Positions 37,917-47,968 of a stretch of DNA of 64,000 nt are shown piece after piece. The translations under genes were made by a program, and so were the position numbers. The stretch comes from an uncultured delta proteobacterium (GTDB lineage Bacteria; Myxococcota_A; Polyangia; Fen-1088), in assembly GCA_963796685.1 (NCBI GenBank), contig CAWCMR010000008.1, positions 672,001 to 736,000 of the forward strand, read 5' to 3'. The notes under the pieces were generated by a model. The model ran no database searches. It was not told where the DNA came from and worked only from the letters and a program-made list of their open reading frames with translations. How positions within the stretch are numbered: position 1 is the stretch's first letter; each line of letters starts with the position of its first letter.

Positions 37917-38995
37917 ATTCGCTCGTCCTGCTTCCCGGAAAGTCCGGCCTGCGCTACTCGCGGGTTTGTCTCGACCGCATTTGTACATGCGAAGACTCCA
38001 CTGCCTTGACCGAGGGCCTGCGTGGCACCACCGCCTCGGTGGGGGATCTCCAAGCCGTGCTCGCCGCCGCCCACGACGATCGCCCCATCGACGTGCTGAC
38101 CATCCGCGCGGTCTTCGGCGGAAGCGACTTCTCGTCGCCCATCATCGTCGACGACAAGAACCAATCGCAGCTCCTGCGTCTGGGCTCGCAATCTCCCATG
38201 TCCGTGGCCAACACCTCATCCCTGGTCATGGAAACGCGGGTCGCCTTCCCCGAGATCCCCATCGCCCTGGCGTTCGAGACCTCGTTCTTCGTCGATCTAC
38301 CCCACCGAGAGACGACCTATGCGCTCCCGGCCGGTGCGGGCCTGAGCGTTCGTCGCTGGGGCTACCACGGCCTGTTTCACGATGCGGCGACCGGCCAACT
38401 TGCGCGAACCCTTGGCCACGAGAAATGGCCTGCGCGCATGCTCTCGATCTGCCTCGATTCCCAACCTGAAATGGCCGCCGTGCTCGGGCGCACCCCACTG
38501 ACCGTCACCAGCGGCAGCACACCGCTGGAAGGACTGCCGGGCGAATTCAACTGTGGCGAGATCGATCCCTCGATTGCCCTGGCACTGGCAACCGATCCGG
38601 CCCTTGGGCCCGAACGCGCCAACCTCGTGCTCACGCGCGAAAGCGGTTTTCTGGGGATGCTGGGTTGGCCGGCGACGCTTGGCGAGGTACTGACCGAGAA
38701 GCGCGCCCGGGTCGCCCGTGTGCGGGAGCACCTGCTTTACCACATGACCCTTGCCGCGGGATCGAGCCTGGCCGCGCTCGAGGGACTCGATGGTGTGGTC
38801 TTCTCGGGCCGCTACGCCGAGCACGGAGGCAAGGTCGCCAGCTACCTCGTGCCCCGCCTGGAACGGGCTCTCGACCTGGCGGCGGGTTCGTTGCCCTGGC
38901 ACATCTGCGCGACGCCCCTCGATGCCATTGTGGCAGAAGCCGGCATCTCGGCGCTCATCGCAAGTGGCAAGGCCCACACGACTGACCTGCAATAG
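37913..38995 (+). CDS. Degenerate acetate-kinase paralog (probable pseudo-kinase)
   Basis: ATGA overlap with ackA; colinear but altered motifs IRAVFGG, FETSFF, WGYHG, TPLEGL, GEIDP. Confidence 0.75.
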   Translation: MNSLVLLPGKSGLRYSRVCLDRICTCEDSTALTEGLRGTTASVGDLQAVLAAAHDDRPIDVLTIRAVFGGSDFSSPIIVDDKNQSQLLRLGSQSPMSVANTSSLVMETRVAFPEIPIALAFETSFFVDLPHRETTYALPAGAGLSVRRWGYHGLFHDAATGQLARTLGHEKWPARMLSICLDSQPEMAAVLGRTPLTVTSGSTPLEGLPGEFNCGEIDPSIALALATDPALGPERANLVLTRESGFLGMLGWPATLGEVLTEKRARVARVREHLLYHMTLAAGSSLAALEGLDGVVFSGRYAEHGGKVASYLVPRLERALDLAAGSLPWHICATPLDAIVAEAGISALIASGKAHTTDLQ

Positions 38996-39031
38996 CACCC
39001 GAGCCGCCATAATCCCGCGACAGCCGCAGAA

Positions 39032-39067
39032 GGCCGTGGCCGTGGCCGTGGCCGTGCAGGCCGTGGC
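39032..39067. repeat. GGCCGT hexamer tandem repeat between convergent genes
   Basis: Four tandem copies plus one more after a 3-bp interruption. Confidence 0.6.
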
Positions 39068-39127
39068 TCGCGCTATTGGCAAATGGAACCGACGGTCGGG
39101 TGCTCGACGTCGGCCCTTCGGCTGACG

Positions 39128-42100
39128 TCAGCCCTTTCGTCGGCGCTTCCGCGCCAGCAGCAGTGCAACCCCCGCGACGAGGAATGGCACGGTCGAGGCC
39201 GCATCCGCGGGCTTGGCCTGCCCGACCTCGCAGCTGCAACCTGACTTGTGCAGGTTCGCGTTCGCGCCTGCGTCGCCCACGCCGCCGTCACGATTGCCGC
39301 TGGCGCCGCCAAGGCCAAGGATGCTGCCGCCGGCGCCGCCCAGGCTCGAGCTGTTCCCCCCACGACCTCCTGTATTCGCAAGACCGCCGTCGTTGCCACC
39401 GCCGATCCCGCCCGAATTGGGAAGGCTGCCCCCGTCGTTTGAACCTCCGCTGCCGCCGCGGCCGAGCGTCGAAGCACCACCCGCGCCGCCGGCATTGGGA
39501 AGAGAGCCATCAGCGCCGCCGAAGTTACCGTCGGGATAGCGGGCCACGTCCACGGTGCCAAAGCCGCCATCGGGATAGCGGGGCGGATCCACCGCGATGC
39601 CGCCAACCTCGGGATAGGAGTACCCGCCGTCCGGGCCCGCGATCCCGCAATAGTAGTCGTAGTTCGAGCAGGTGCCGAAGCCATCGCAGGTGTAGCACGT
39701 GCCACACGTCACCGCGGTTTGGGGATAGGCGCAGTTCCCCACGCCGTCGCAGGTGGACTTGCACACACCGGTGCCGACGCCGCATTCACCCTGCGGATCG
39801 GTGCCCGCCGGGTATGGGCTGCACTTGCCCACCTGCCCCGCCAGGTTGCAGGACGAGCAGGTCCCCGTACACGCGCTGTCGCAGCACACGCCGTCCGCGC
39901 AATTGCCAGAAGCGCACTCGGCCGCGCTGGTGCACACCTGGCCGTTCTTGGTCTTGCAGGCTCCGGCGCCGTCGCAAGATTGGCCGCTCGAACAGCTGCC
40001 CGCCACCTCGGTCCCGGCCTTGACTAGAACACAGGTGCCTTCGGAACCGGCCACGTTGCACGACTTGCACGCGCCCGAGCACGCGGCCTCGTCGCAACAC
40101 ACGCCGTCCACGCAATTGCCGGAGGCACAGGAGGTCGCGAACGAAGCGTTGCACCCCTCGCCATTGCCCAGGCTGCTCACCCTGTATTCCCAGGTCTCGC
40201 TGGTGATGGAGCTGCTGGTCATGCTCTGACCGCCGAACAGGACCACCACGCCGCGGGCGCTGTCGAAAGCCAGGGTGCCGCCGTATTGGTTGCCGGGCGA
40301 CCCGGGCAGGGGGCGCACGTACCAAGTCGGCCCCTTGGCGTCGAGCTCCCAGGTTTCTTGGTAGCCCATGTTCGGACTGTAGGCATCGGTGAGAAGGACC
40401 TCGCGCCTGCGGATGGAATCGTACGCGACGAGATCGTAGTACCCGTAGTCGAGGGAGTCACCGGTGTCGAGCAAGCTCCAGCCCGCGGAAACCGGATCCC
40501 ACTCCCAGAACGCGCTCAAGCTGGTGCCGTAGGTTGCCCCATCGTACAAGAACATCTTCTGCCGGCCTTCGTCGTACGCCAGGATGGGGTTCGAACGAGC
40601 GGTGGGCGCCATCGCGGAAGCGGGCGGCGTTCGATTGGTCCAGGTCAGGGCGGCGCCGTCCCACTCCCAGACCTCGTTGCGCATGGGATTCTTGTAGGAG
40701 GTCCCCGGCCCCGCGTAATAGTAGTCGCTGATGCCCGCGAAGAGCAGGATCTTGTTGCGGACCGTGTCGGTCACCATGCCGGGGCCATAGAGCGGGTCCG
40801 GACTGCTCGAGGGATTGAGCTGCGTCCATTTTCGGGTGCTGCTCCCCCATTCCCAGGTATCGCCGACCGTCCCCATGGAGCCATTGCCGCCGTAAAGGAT
40901 CAGCGACTTCCGCGCCGGATCGTACGCAAGGGCCGCTTGCGTTCGGGCAGAGGGCCGCACGTCCGCGGGCACTTGCACCCAAACCTTGCCATCCCACTCC
41001 CAGAGATCGTCGAGATACTGCCCGTAGGTCGCATCGGAGCCGCCATAGACGTAGGTCTTTCCCGTCGAAGGGTTGTAGGCCATGGCCTGGCTGAAGCGGG
41101 CAGAAGGCACATCGAGGGGCGGCGTGCGGTCGGCGAACGCCGGCGTGGCTGGATCGAGCTCCCACACGTCCCGCGAACCGGCGCCACCACCACCCATACC
41201 GGGCGGTCGGATCTTGATCCCGGCATCCGCCATCCCGTACGAGCCGTACGGCGCCACACCGGCCACCAACTCCATCCGCGCATCCGCGTCGTCCGCGACC
41301 AAGGAGGCGTACATGCGAGGCGAAGGCACGCCGCTCTCGCTTCCGGTCAGCCGCTCGGTCCAGACACCGGTCGTGGGCTCCCACTCCCAAAGATCGTTCA
41401 GGCTTCCACCGCTGCCGATGTCCCACCCGCCGAAGACCATGACTTTCTTGCGGTTGCCGTCGAAGGCCATGGCGTGGGCATAGCGCTGGCTCGGTTTTGT
41501 GCCTGAGGCGGTTCGTTCGGTCCAAGTCGCGGCCGCGGGATCCCACTCCCAGGTGTCCTGCTTGGGAACGCCCGCTGCATTGGCGAGATCGGTTTGCATA
41601 CCCGCGAAAAGCACGGCCTTGTTCCGCGAGGAATCCCACACCAGGCCGAAGTCGTGCCGGCCCGAAGGCGTGCTGGTCACCGTCAGCTCCGTCCAGGTAT
41701 GCGCGGCCGGGTCATACTCCCACGTGTCACCGAGAGAAACCGTGATTCCGGTCCCATCGTAGGAAGCCGAGTCGCTGCGACCGCCACCGAAGAGCAGAGT
41801 CTTGCCCGTGGACTTCTCGTACACCATGCCGTGTTGGCTGCGCGCAGAGGGATGAGCACCGGCCGCGCTGACGTCGGCCCACGCGCCCGTCGCCGGATCC
41901 CACTCCCACGTATCCTCATAGTCGAAGGCACTGCCGGCTCGGCCGCCGAAGAGCACGAGCTTGCCGCGAGCGGAGTCGAACACCATGGCCGCGCCCGAAC
42001 GCGCTTGCGGTGCAGCGCCGGCACCGGTTCGATTGGTCCACTTCCCCGTCGCAGGGCTCCATTCCCAGGTCTCTTGGTTGGGCGTCACCCCTCCCGTGCT

Positions 42101-42349
42101 TGGATTCGTGTTGGTCCCGCCAAACATGACGAAGACCTTGCGAGTTTCGTCAAAGGCCGCCGCCTGGAGATAACGGCCGTCCGGCGTGCTGCTGGACCCA
42201 ACCTTCTGCCAGAGGGCGCTTTCCGAGGGGGGGACCAACCCGAGAGCCGCCTTGGCCGATTCGATATTCGAGGGGTCGTCTTTCCGGGATTCCTCGTTGC
42301 ATGCTGCGAGAGCCAGCAGAACGACAATGGAAATAGTTCTAGGCTTCAT
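39128..42349 (-). CDS. Kelch double beta-propeller, Cys-rich, MYXO-CTERM surface protein
   Basis: Lipobox LAAC; 12 (D/E)TWEWD-type blades; two CASGNCxDGVCC repeats; Gly linker; GCSC-TM-RKRRRK tail. Confidence 0.8.
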   Translation of the reverse strand: MKPRTISIVVLLALAACNEESRKDDPSNIESAKAALGLVPPSESALWQKVGSSSTPDGRYLQAAAFDETRKVFVMFGGTNTNPSTGGVTPNQETWEWSPATGKWTNRTGAGAAPQARSGAAMVFDSARGKLVLFGGRAGSAFDYEDTWEWDPATGAWADVSAAGAHPSARSQHGMVYEKSTGKTLLFGGGRSDSASYDGTGITVSLGDTWEYDPAAHTWTELTVTSTPSGRHDFGLVWDSSRNKAVLFAGMQTDLANAAGVPKQDTWEWDPAAATWTERTASGTKPSQRYAHAMAFDGNRKKVMVFGGWDIGSGGSLNDLWEWEPTTGVWTERLTGSESGVPSPRMYASLVADDADARMELVAGVAPYGSYGMADAGIKIRPPGMGGGGAGSRDVWELDPATPAFADRTPPLDVPSARFSQAMAYNPSTGKTYVYGGSDATYGQYLDDLWEWDGKVWVQVPADVRPSARTQAALAYDPARKSLILYGGNGSMGTVGDTWEWGSSTRKWTQLNPSSSPDPLYGPGMVTDTVRNKILLFAGISDYYYAGPGTSYKNPMRNEVWEWDGAALTWTNRTPPASAMAPTARSNPILAYDEGRQKMFLYDGATYGTSLSAFWEWDPVSAGWSLLDTGDSLDYGYYDLVAYDSIRRREVLLTDAYSPNMGYQETWELDAKGPTWYVRPLPGSPGNQYGGTLAFDSARGVVVLFGGQSMTSSSITSETWEYRVSSLGNGEGCNASFATSCASGNCVDGVCCDEAACSGACKSCNVAGSEGTCVLVKAGTEVAGSCSSGQSCDGAGACKTKNGQVCTSAAECASGNCADGVCCDSACTGTCSSCNLAGQVGKCSPYPAGTDPQGECGVGTGVCKSTCDGVGNCAYPQTAVTCGTCYTCDGFGTCSNYDYYCGIAGPDGGYSYPEVGGIAVDPPRYPDGGFGTVDVARYPDGNFGGADGSLPNAGGAGGASTLGRGGSGGSNDGGSLPNSGGIGGGNDGGLANTGGRGGNSSSLGGAGGSILGLGGASGNRDGGVGDAGANANLHKSGCSCEVGQAKPADAASTVPFLVAGVALLLARKRRRKG

Positions 42350-42489
42350 CACGGGCCTCCTTGCGCAAGGGAACGAACCAGCGTCGCATCCTGACATCAA
42401 TGGTCGATTCGCGTAAGTGTTCTTGGTCACAGAGCGGCACAGTCGATGGCTCTTTTGCGTAATCTCCCATCGGTGCTATGGAGCTGGCC

Positions 42490-42678
42490 ATGGAAGACCG
42501 CCTGGTGACCCTGGAGATCCGCTACGCGCATCTCGAACGCCAAGTTGATGAGCTGAGCCAGGTGGTCTTCACGCAGCAGCAAGTGATCGACCGTCTGACC
42601 AAGGAGATCGCGCTCTTGCGCTCCCGCGCATCCGGTGTCGAAAACGGGCCCGGCACGGAGAAGCCGCCTCACTATTGA
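42490..42678 (+). CDS. slyX: SlyX family protein
   Basis: RLVTLEIRYAH...ELSQVV...EKPPHY. Confidence 0.85.
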   Translation: MEDRLVTLEIRYAHLERQVDELSQVVFTQQQVIDRLTKEIALLRSRASGVENGPGTEKPPHY

Positions 42679-42757
42679 GACGGTCAGCGCGCGCAAGATG
42701 TTCGGCGAGTACGCGCGCTATTACGGCGATTAGGTCGTCGCGCTGGTGTGCGACGAC

Positions 42758-43948
42758 CTAGCGACAGTCGATGCGGTAGTCGAAGCGCAGTCCGCTGGAG
42801 GCCGGGAAGGTTGCCGCGCGGGTGGCCTTCTCGACGCACGCCGCGAGGGGCGTGCCGGCCACCTTGCCGCCCACGTGGACGTTGGTGACGTGTCCGTCTT
42901 TGCCCACCGTGATCTTCAGCTCGGCGATGCCCTTTTGACCGAGTCGCTCGGCGCACTCGTTGCCGCGGGTCTTGACGCCGGCCATGACCCTGGAAATGTC
43001 GGCTGGCGAAAGCGAGGCCGCAGGCGGCGGCACTTCGCGTTTGGGCGGCGGCTCGGGCTGGCTCTTCTGCACGTCCTTGAGCAGGGCATCCAAATCCTTG
43101 TTTTCGCGCTTCTTGCCCTTGCCGCCCGTGACCCCGTCCGCCATCAGATTGTCGAGTGGATCGGACGATTGAGCTGCCTTGGTCTTCGCTGCGGGTTCGC
43201 TGGGTGATGGCCTGGGCTTTCCGCTTGGGGCGGCGGCCCTGGGCGCCTTCTCGAACTCGTCCTCGGTGGCGAAGGGATCGTCGGATCCCGAGGCTCTCCG
43301 TGTGGAAGACGAGGCCCTCACCGCACCCTTGGTGTGCCGTGAGCGCGCCACCGAAGCCTCCGCTACCGCGCCCTCCGCCCGGGCCGCGACCGGTGCGTGC
43401 CGAACCGGGACTACCACTTCGGCTGTGGGGGTCGGGACGACAACCGGCCCGGTCCTTCTCTCGACGGCGCTCGGGACAGGCTTCACCGCTGCCGGTGTCG
43501 GCTCGCCTGGCGCCTCGGCCGTAGGTGCCTTGGGCTCTCCGGCCGCCAGCCCGGACGCCGGGGTAATCACTGGCGCGATCGCCTTGACTTGAGGGGATAC
43601 GGGCCGGACGGGCGGCGGTGCCGGCCGGTGATTCTCAGCGAAGGGGGGAACGGACAGTCCCAACATCGGAGCCACGCGCTCCACCAGCACATAGGCTTGA
43701 TCGGTCAAAAAGGGCCCCGCGCCGATGCCACCTGCAAACACGAAGAAAGTCCACACCACCAACCATCTCCAGCGCCGCTTGGGCTTGGATTCGGGCACCT
43801 GGGACGGATAGGACAGATTCGGCAGGTTCGGCAGGCTGATGGGCCCCATGGACACGGGGAGGTTCAGCTCGGGCGGGGGCGCCTTGGGGTCCGACCAGGG
43901 ATTGTTTGGCTTCACGACCCGGATATTAGCCGAAAACAGCGCGCACAT
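42758..43948 (-). CDS. Single-TM Pro-rich protein with TonB-C/AgmX-like C-terminal domain (start uncertain)
   Basis: TM helix, Pro/Ala linker, LSPADI...C...ITVGKDGHVTNV...CVEKA..FP. Confidence 0.55.
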   Translation of the reverse strand: MCALFSANIRVVKPNNPWSDPKAPPPELNLPVSMGPISLPNLPNLSYPSQVPESKPKRRWRWLVVWTFFVFAGGIGAGPFLTDQAYVLVERVAPMLGLSVPPFAENHRPAPPPVRPVSPQVKAIAPVITPASGLAAGEPKAPTAEAPGEPTPAAVKPVPSAVERRTGPVVVPTPTAEVVVPVRHAPVAARAEGAVAEASVARSRHTKGAVRASSSTRRASGSDDPFATEDEFEKAPRAAAPSGKPRPSPSEPAAKTKAAQSSDPLDNLMADGVTGGKGKKRENKDLDALLKDVQKSQPEPPPKREVPPPAASLSPADISRVMAGVKTRGNECAERLGQKGIAELKITVGKDGHVTNVHVGGKVAGTPLAACVEKATRAATFPASSGLRFDYRIDCR

Positions 43949-44033
43949 GACGAGCGCGATACGAGGCGCCGCGCTGTCACGGGGCGCCCGGACAAGGGAT
44001 CCCCGCCCAGGCGCATCCGCGAGCTCGTGCCCG

Positions 44034-44363
44034 CTACTTCTTGAAGCTACGGCAGGCCTTGACCAGGTCCTTGGCCTCCGCGGGCGTCACCTTGGTGGGC
44101 GGCATCATCATCTTGCCCTCGGGGCTCTTGACGCCTTCGAGGATGATCTTCTCCCACTGTGCGTCCGTGGATTCGGCTTGCACCTTGGCGTTGGTCAGAT
44201 CCTTCATCTGGTACTTCTTACCCATCGAGGTGGCGGCCTTGCCGTCCTTGCCGTGGCACCCCGCGCACTTCTTGCCGTACATCTCCATGCCGTCCGCGTG
44301 TGCCGCGCCCGACACGCCGATCACGAACAGGGCTGCCATCATCATCTTGAGTGCTGTCTTCAT
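44034..44363 (-). CDS. Monoheme class I cytochrome c
   Basis: Signal peptide, CAGCH, distal MPP; AAGGAGG RBS. Confidence 0.9.
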   Translation of the reverse strand: MKTALKMMMAALFVIGVSGAAHADGMEMYGKKCAGCHGKDGKAATSMGKKYQMKDLTNAKVQAESTDAQWEKIILEGVKSPEGKMMMPPTKVTPAEAKDLVKACRSFKK

Positions 44364-44720
44364 GGTCTCGATCCTCCTTCATTTCCTTGGTTCACAGACT
44401 CTTCGGACAAACGCCCTGCGTGGGCGAGATTCTGTCGTTGGCGTGGGATCTCGGTTCGACGCTGGGCGGTCCATGACGGCCCAAAGAAGAGCGCCCTTGT
44501 CTTGCTTTAGCTTTGACTAACACGGGTGCGGCGATATTCAAAGATCGACCTTCGTCAGCCTACGCAAAGGGCCACGTTGACGATTGCGCGGCCCCATCCT
44601 GAGCCGCAACGAAATACTAAGAAGACCGGAATGGTGGGAGTTGATTGCCGGTGGAGCTGGATCCTGCCGAGCCGACAAGGCGCACCTCACTCGCAGTCCG
44701 TGTATTCGTTCCTTCGCAAC

Positions 44721-46262
44721 CTACCCCTTCTGCAAGAAGGTCAGGGAAGACTGCGTCCACGCGATGATGGGTGTCCACCAAATCCCGAACAAGATCAACG
44801 CGGCCGAGAAGGCGCCGAGCATGATCTGGTAGCTGACCTTCGGACGCACGACCAGCTCGCCCTCGGGCGCGTCGATGAACATGGCGCGCACGATGCGCAC
44901 GTAATAGTAAAGCGACACGGCCGTGTTGAGGGCCGCGATGACGGCGAGCACGACGTACCAGCCGCCGCCCTCCTCGGAATAGTGGTTCAGCACCGCCACG
45001 AACAGATACCACTTGCCGGCAAAGCCGGCCAAGGGCGGCAGCCCGGCCAGCGAGAACAGGAAGATGGCGAAGGTGATTGCCAACAAGGGATGGCGATGGG
45101 CCAGGCCCTTGCAGTCGGCGATGGTTTCCGATCCTGTGGCCTGGCCGATGGCGATGACCGCGAGGAAGGCCCCCAGGTTCATCACCAGATAGATCAGCAA
45201 GTAGATCATCACGCTCTGCACGCCGAGCAACGAGGCCGCGGAAAGCCCCATCAGCGCGTAGCCCGCGTGCGAGATGGACGAATAGGCCAGCAGACGCTTG
45301 AGGTTGTTCTGGTGGAGGGCGGTGAAATTGCCCAGGGTGATGGTGACCGCGGCCAGAATACCCACCACCGCGGGCCAGGGAACATTGATGAGACCTCGCG
45401 CGAGTCCCTCGGTGCCCACGCCACTGGCCAGCGAGCTGTAGAAGAACCGGATGGCGAGGGCAAAGCCCGCCGCCTTGGGACCGACGGACAAGAAGGCCGT
45501 GAACGGCGTCGGCGCGCCCTCGTACACGTCGGGACACCACATGTGCCATGGCACCGCCGCAATCTTGTAACCAATGCCGCACAGGACGAAGATGACCGCG
45601 ACCATGATGGCCACGCGCAGGCCGGCCTGGCTACCCGCCATGGCCGGCATGGCCAGGCTGTCGAGACGCGCGCCCAAACCAAGTAGACTCGTGGTGCCGG
45701 TGAGGCCGTAGAGATAGGAGAGCCCGAACAGCATGATGCCCGAGGCGACACCGCCGTAGATGACGTATTTCAGCGACGCCTCGGCGGCAAAACGATCACC
45801 AGGCTTGTAGCCGGCGATGGCATAGCTTGGCAGCGAGACCATTTCGACCGCGAGGTAGAGCATGAGCAGGTCGAGCGAGCTGGCCATGAGGAACATACCA
45901 AGAACAATGGACAGCAAGAGCGCGTAGAACACGCCCAGGCGAAGCGGGCCGAATTCCGTCGCACGGACGGCGATGAGCACGGTGAGCACGCCGGCGGCGA
46001 GGAACAGCCACTTGAAGAAGGTGGCGAAGGGGTCGCTGGCGAGCATGCCGTTGAACATGACGCGACTTTCCACGTGCTGGAAGGCAAGGCAGCCCGCCGC
46101 AACGGCAAAGCAGGCCAGCACGCCCAGGGTCAGGACCAGCACGCGCTGGCGGCTCCTCTTGAAGAGCACGTCCAAGAGAAAGAGCAGCAGCACGCCCACG
46201 CTCAGCACCAGCTCTGGTCTGAACCACGATGCGCTCGCGATGTTGAACTCGGTGGTAGTCAT
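44721..46262 (-). CDS. nuoN: Complex I subunit N
   Basis: EASLKY, KIAAVPWHMWCPDVYEGAP, KRLLAYSSISH. Confidence 0.95.
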   Translation of the reverse strand: MTTTEFNIASASWFRPELVLSVGVLLLFLLDVLFKRSRQRVLVLTLGVLACFAVAAGCLAFQHVESRVMFNGMLASDPFATFFKWLFLAAGVLTVLIAVRATEFGPLRLGVFYALLLSIVLGMFLMASSLDLLMLYLAVEMVSLPSYAIAGYKPGDRFAAEASLKYVIYGGVASGIMLFGLSYLYGLTGTTSLLGLGARLDSLAMPAMAGSQAGLRVAIMVAVIFVLCGIGYKIAAVPWHMWCPDVYEGAPTPFTAFLSVGPKAAGFALAIRFFYSSLASGVGTEGLARGLINVPWPAVVGILAAVTITLGNFTALHQNNLKRLLAYSSISHAGYALMGLSAASLLGVQSVMIYLLIYLVMNLGAFLAVIAIGQATGSETIADCKGLAHRHPLLAITFAIFLFSLAGLPPLAGFAGKWYLFVAVLNHYSEEGGGWYVVLAVIAALNTAVSLYYYVRIVRAMFIDAPEGELVVRPKVSYQIMLGAFSAALILFGIWWTPIIAWTQSSLTFLQKG

Positions 46263-46287
46263 ACGGTTCCCTTCGGGCCGGGAATAA

Positions 46288-47946
46288 TCACATCGGTTTG
46301 AGGCCGCTGATGAGCTGGACGAGCGTCGGATTGATCACCGACAAGATGGCCTGTGGGTAGAAGCCGAGCACGACAGCGATGGCGCCGAGCGGGTAGAGCA
46401 CGATGCGTTCGCGCCAGTTGAGGTCGGGATAGTCTTTGTAGATTGGGTTCAGCTTGCCCAGGAAGGCGCGGTGGATGGCCCACAAGTAGTAGGCCGCGGT
46501 GATGATGACCGCGGTGGCCGAAATGGCCGTGAACAGCATGTAGGTGGGGAACGAGCCCGAGAGCACCAGGAACTCGGCCACGAACCCGCACATGCCGGGC
46601 AGGCCCAACGAAGCGAAGAACGCCAGCCCGGTGATGGCCGAGTACTCGGGCATGGCCACGGCAAGTCCGCCGAAGCGTCCGATCTCGCGGTGGTGGGCGC
46701 GGTCGTAGATCACGCCCACGATAAGGAACAACATGGGCGAGATGATGCCGTGGGAGAACATATTGAACACGGCACCGGAGATTCCGGCGGGGGTCATGGC
46801 CGCCATGCCGAGCAGGGTGAACCCCATGTGGCTGACCGACGAGTAGGCGATGAGCTTCTTGAGATCGCTCTGCGCCAGGCACACGAAGGCGGCATAGACG
46901 ATGTTGATCACGCCAAAGAGGGCGATGGCGTTGGCAGCCCATTCCGTGGCGTCGGGCAAGAGCGGGTAGTTGAAGCGCAGGATGCCATAAGGGCCCATCT
47001 TCAGGAGCACGCCGGCCAGGATGACGGAGACGGGCGTGGGCGCTTCGACGTGGGCGTCGGGCAACCAGGTGTGGAACGGAAACATCGGAATCTTGATGGC
47101 GAAGCCGATGAAGAGCGCGACGAAGGCGATCTTGCTGAAGGCAAAGCCGAAGATGGCCGACGAGTGGGCGAACACGCCCTGCTTGCCTTGCGTGGCCAGG
47201 GCCAGCAGGTTCAAGGTGTGGCCGCTCGACATGGTTCCGTCGGCCAGCGGCGCGGCGTGGCTGTTGTAGTAGATACCGATGATCGCCAGCAGCATCAGCA
47301 CCGAGCCGACCAGGGTGTAGAGGAAGAACTTGATGGCGGCGTACTCCTTGCGCGGGCCGCCCCAGATGCCGATGAGGAAGTACATCGGCAACAGCATCAC
47401 CTCCCAGAAGACATAGAACAGGAACATGTCGAGGGCGACGAAGGTGCCCATCATGCCGGTCTGGAGCAGAAGCAGCATGCACATGTAGCCCGGCACCATG
47501 CGCACCGAGAAATGCTTGGGGTGATGACCGGCGTCCTCGCCCGGGTGTCCGTGCTCGGTCATGCCCGCCATCTCGCTGTACTTGGCCCCGCTCCACCAGG
47601 GCATGGACGCGATGAAGGCGACGAAGGAGATCAGCCCGGTCAAGAGCACCATCGAGATGGACAGCCCGTCGACGCCCATCAGGTATTCGATGTTGAAGCT
47701 CTTGATCCAGACGAAGTGTTGAACCATCTGCACGCCCGACTTGGCCGGGTCGAACCAGATCCACGCGAGGATCGCGCAACCCATGGACAGGCCGCTGGCC
47801 GCAAGGCCGGTGATGCGCGCCAACTGGTCGAGCGCATGGCGGGAAAGCCCCAGGAAAAACCTGGCCGCCGTGAAGAGAAGGATCACCGCCAACCCGATGA
47901 GCGGGAAGAAGGTGGCCCAGGAAAGGACGTTCTGTTGACTGATCAT
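46288..47946 (-). CDS. nuoM: Complex I subunit M
   Basis: FWEVMLLPM, KIPMFPFHTWLPDAHVEAP. Confidence 0.95.
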   Translation of the reverse strand: MISQQNVLSWATFFPLIGLAVILLFTAARFFLGLSRHALDQLARITGLAASGLSMGCAILAWIWFDPAKSGVQMVQHFVWIKSFNIEYLMGVDGLSISMVLLTGLISFVAFIASMPWWSGAKYSEMAGMTEHGHPGEDAGHHPKHFSVRMVPGYMCMLLLLQTGMMGTFVALDMFLFYVFWEVMLLPMYFLIGIWGGPRKEYAAIKFFLYTLVGSVLMLLAIIGIYYNSHAAPLADGTMSSGHTLNLLALATQGKQGVFAHSSAIFGFAFSKIAFVALFIGFAIKIPMFPFHTWLPDAHVEAPTPVSVILAGVLLKMGPYGILRFNYPLLPDATEWAANAIALFGVINIVYAAFVCLAQSDLKKLIAYSSVSHMGFTLLGMAAMTPAGISGAVFNMFSHGIISPMLFLIVGVIYDRAHHREIGRFGGLAVAMPEYSAITGLAFFASLGLPGMCGFVAEFLVLSGSFPTYMLFTAISATAVIITAAYYLWAIHRAFLGKLNPIYKDYPDLNWRERIVLYPLGAIAVVLGFYPQAILSVINPTLVQLISGLKPM

Positions 47947-47968
47947 GAGCGCATGTCCCCGGTCGTCG

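Noticed and set aside
36638-38995. 785-aa ORF
   Set aside because: The first half is an off-frame read of ackA; the real gene starts at 37913
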